Shown here: positions 63,352 through 64,000 of the stretch, piece by piece | Layout of the letters: every line of letters begins with the position of its first letter | Position numbering within the stretch: position 1 is the first letter of the stretch | Source of the DNA: Hydrolagus colliei | Lineage: Eukaryota | Direction: 5' to 3' | NCBI GenBank assembly: GCA_035084275.1 | Contig: CM068748.1 | Coordinates: 4,526,001-4,590,000 of the forward strand | DNA length: 64,000 nucleotides | Program-made: the position numbers and the translations under genes | Notes under the pieces: model-generated | Seen by the model: only the letters and a program-made list of their open reading frames with translations | Told to the model about the DNA's origin: nothing | Databases searched by the model: none

Positions 63352-63821
63352 AACAACAACAAATTGCATTTCTATACAAATTTCGTGACAGGAGGACGTC
63401 TTGAGGCGATGGACAGACAGGGATTTGGACCTGAGAAGGGTTGGGATCAGGAGGGGTGGATGGCAAGGAGACCTGAGGTATGTGGCTGAAGGCACGGTCG
63501 AAGAGGAGGGTCTGAAGACGTGCCCTGTAATAGGAAAGGGAGGGAGCCAGGTACAGGGAAGGGACTGTTGGATGGAGTTCCAAAGGATGGGGGCAGCGAG
63601 ATTAAAGGCCTGTGGGGTGGTGTGGCAGACTGGACAGGGGTCGTGGAGCAGGCTGGAGCCAGCTGAGCAGAGGCAGGGGAAACGTTGACATGGCATCAAC
63701 AGATAACAGAGTTGGGAAGGAGCAAGTCCATGGAGGGCTTTGAAAGTGAAGATGAGGATTTTGAACTCCTGGAATCAAGGGCGGAGGCAGAGAGATAGAG
63801 TTGAATGTCATCCACATACAA
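63352..63821 (-). mobile_element. L2 LINE relic with internal deletion
   Basis: YVDDIQLYLS (RT catalytic motif, cf. YADDTQLY) at ~63790-63818, AFNLAAPILWNSI C-terminal motif, and (TTG)n tail at 63352. Confidence 0.85.
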
Positions 63822-64000
63822 GGAATCCTGTAGCACAGTGGTTAGAGCACTTGACTTACAAGCAATAGAGCTGGGTTCAATTCCAGACAAGTCAGTGCAA
63901 AACCTTGGGCAAGTTTTCTTACTCCACATGCCTGATAATAATCCCTAAAAAAAATTGGTCACACAATCCATGACTGTTTGTGGGACAGTGCTGCATGCCA
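63822..64000 (+). mobile_element. SINE family A (runs off the window end)
   Basis: ggaatcctgtagcacagtggttagagcac...ggttcaattcc...ccttgggcaagttt...gactgtttgtgggac. Confidence 0.9.

Noticed and set aside
1-64000. Known miRNA seeds (miR-218, -153, -124, -128, -1, -15/16) spotted as partial matches
   Set aside because: Matches stop after 7-10 nt with no full mature sequence or hairpin. This was a by-eye check only, so an Rfam/Infernal scan is still needed.

Overview
AT-rich, CpG-depleted eukaryotic (vertebrate) DNA with two N gaps. It is essentially non-coding: a long intron or gene desert. No ORF in the track is a recognisable host protein; the protein-like ones are decayed LINE ORF2 fragments (CR1, L2, probably RTE). 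The repeat content comprises a tRNA-Ala-headed SINE with an L2-type tail, older Deu-domain SINEs, CR1 and L2 3' ends, Tc1/mariner(pogo/Tigger)-type MITEs with TA TSDs, and a hAT MITE with a perfect 8-bp TSD carrying a nested young L2. This resembles a cartilaginous fish, possibly a chimaera (inference from recalled repeat families, not a search). Repeat-poor tracts with dense developmental TF motifs are candidate conserved enhancers. The best host-gene hint is a perfect Kozak ATG followed by a GTAAGT donor on the minus strand at ~36.47 kb. I found no prokaryotic features and cannot support a claim of a new biological system. The most interesting items are nested or inverted TE structures, modular SINE evolution, a perfect hairpin at a CR1 junction and candidate micro-exons/enhancers. 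Boundaries of old repeats are approximate (tens of bp).
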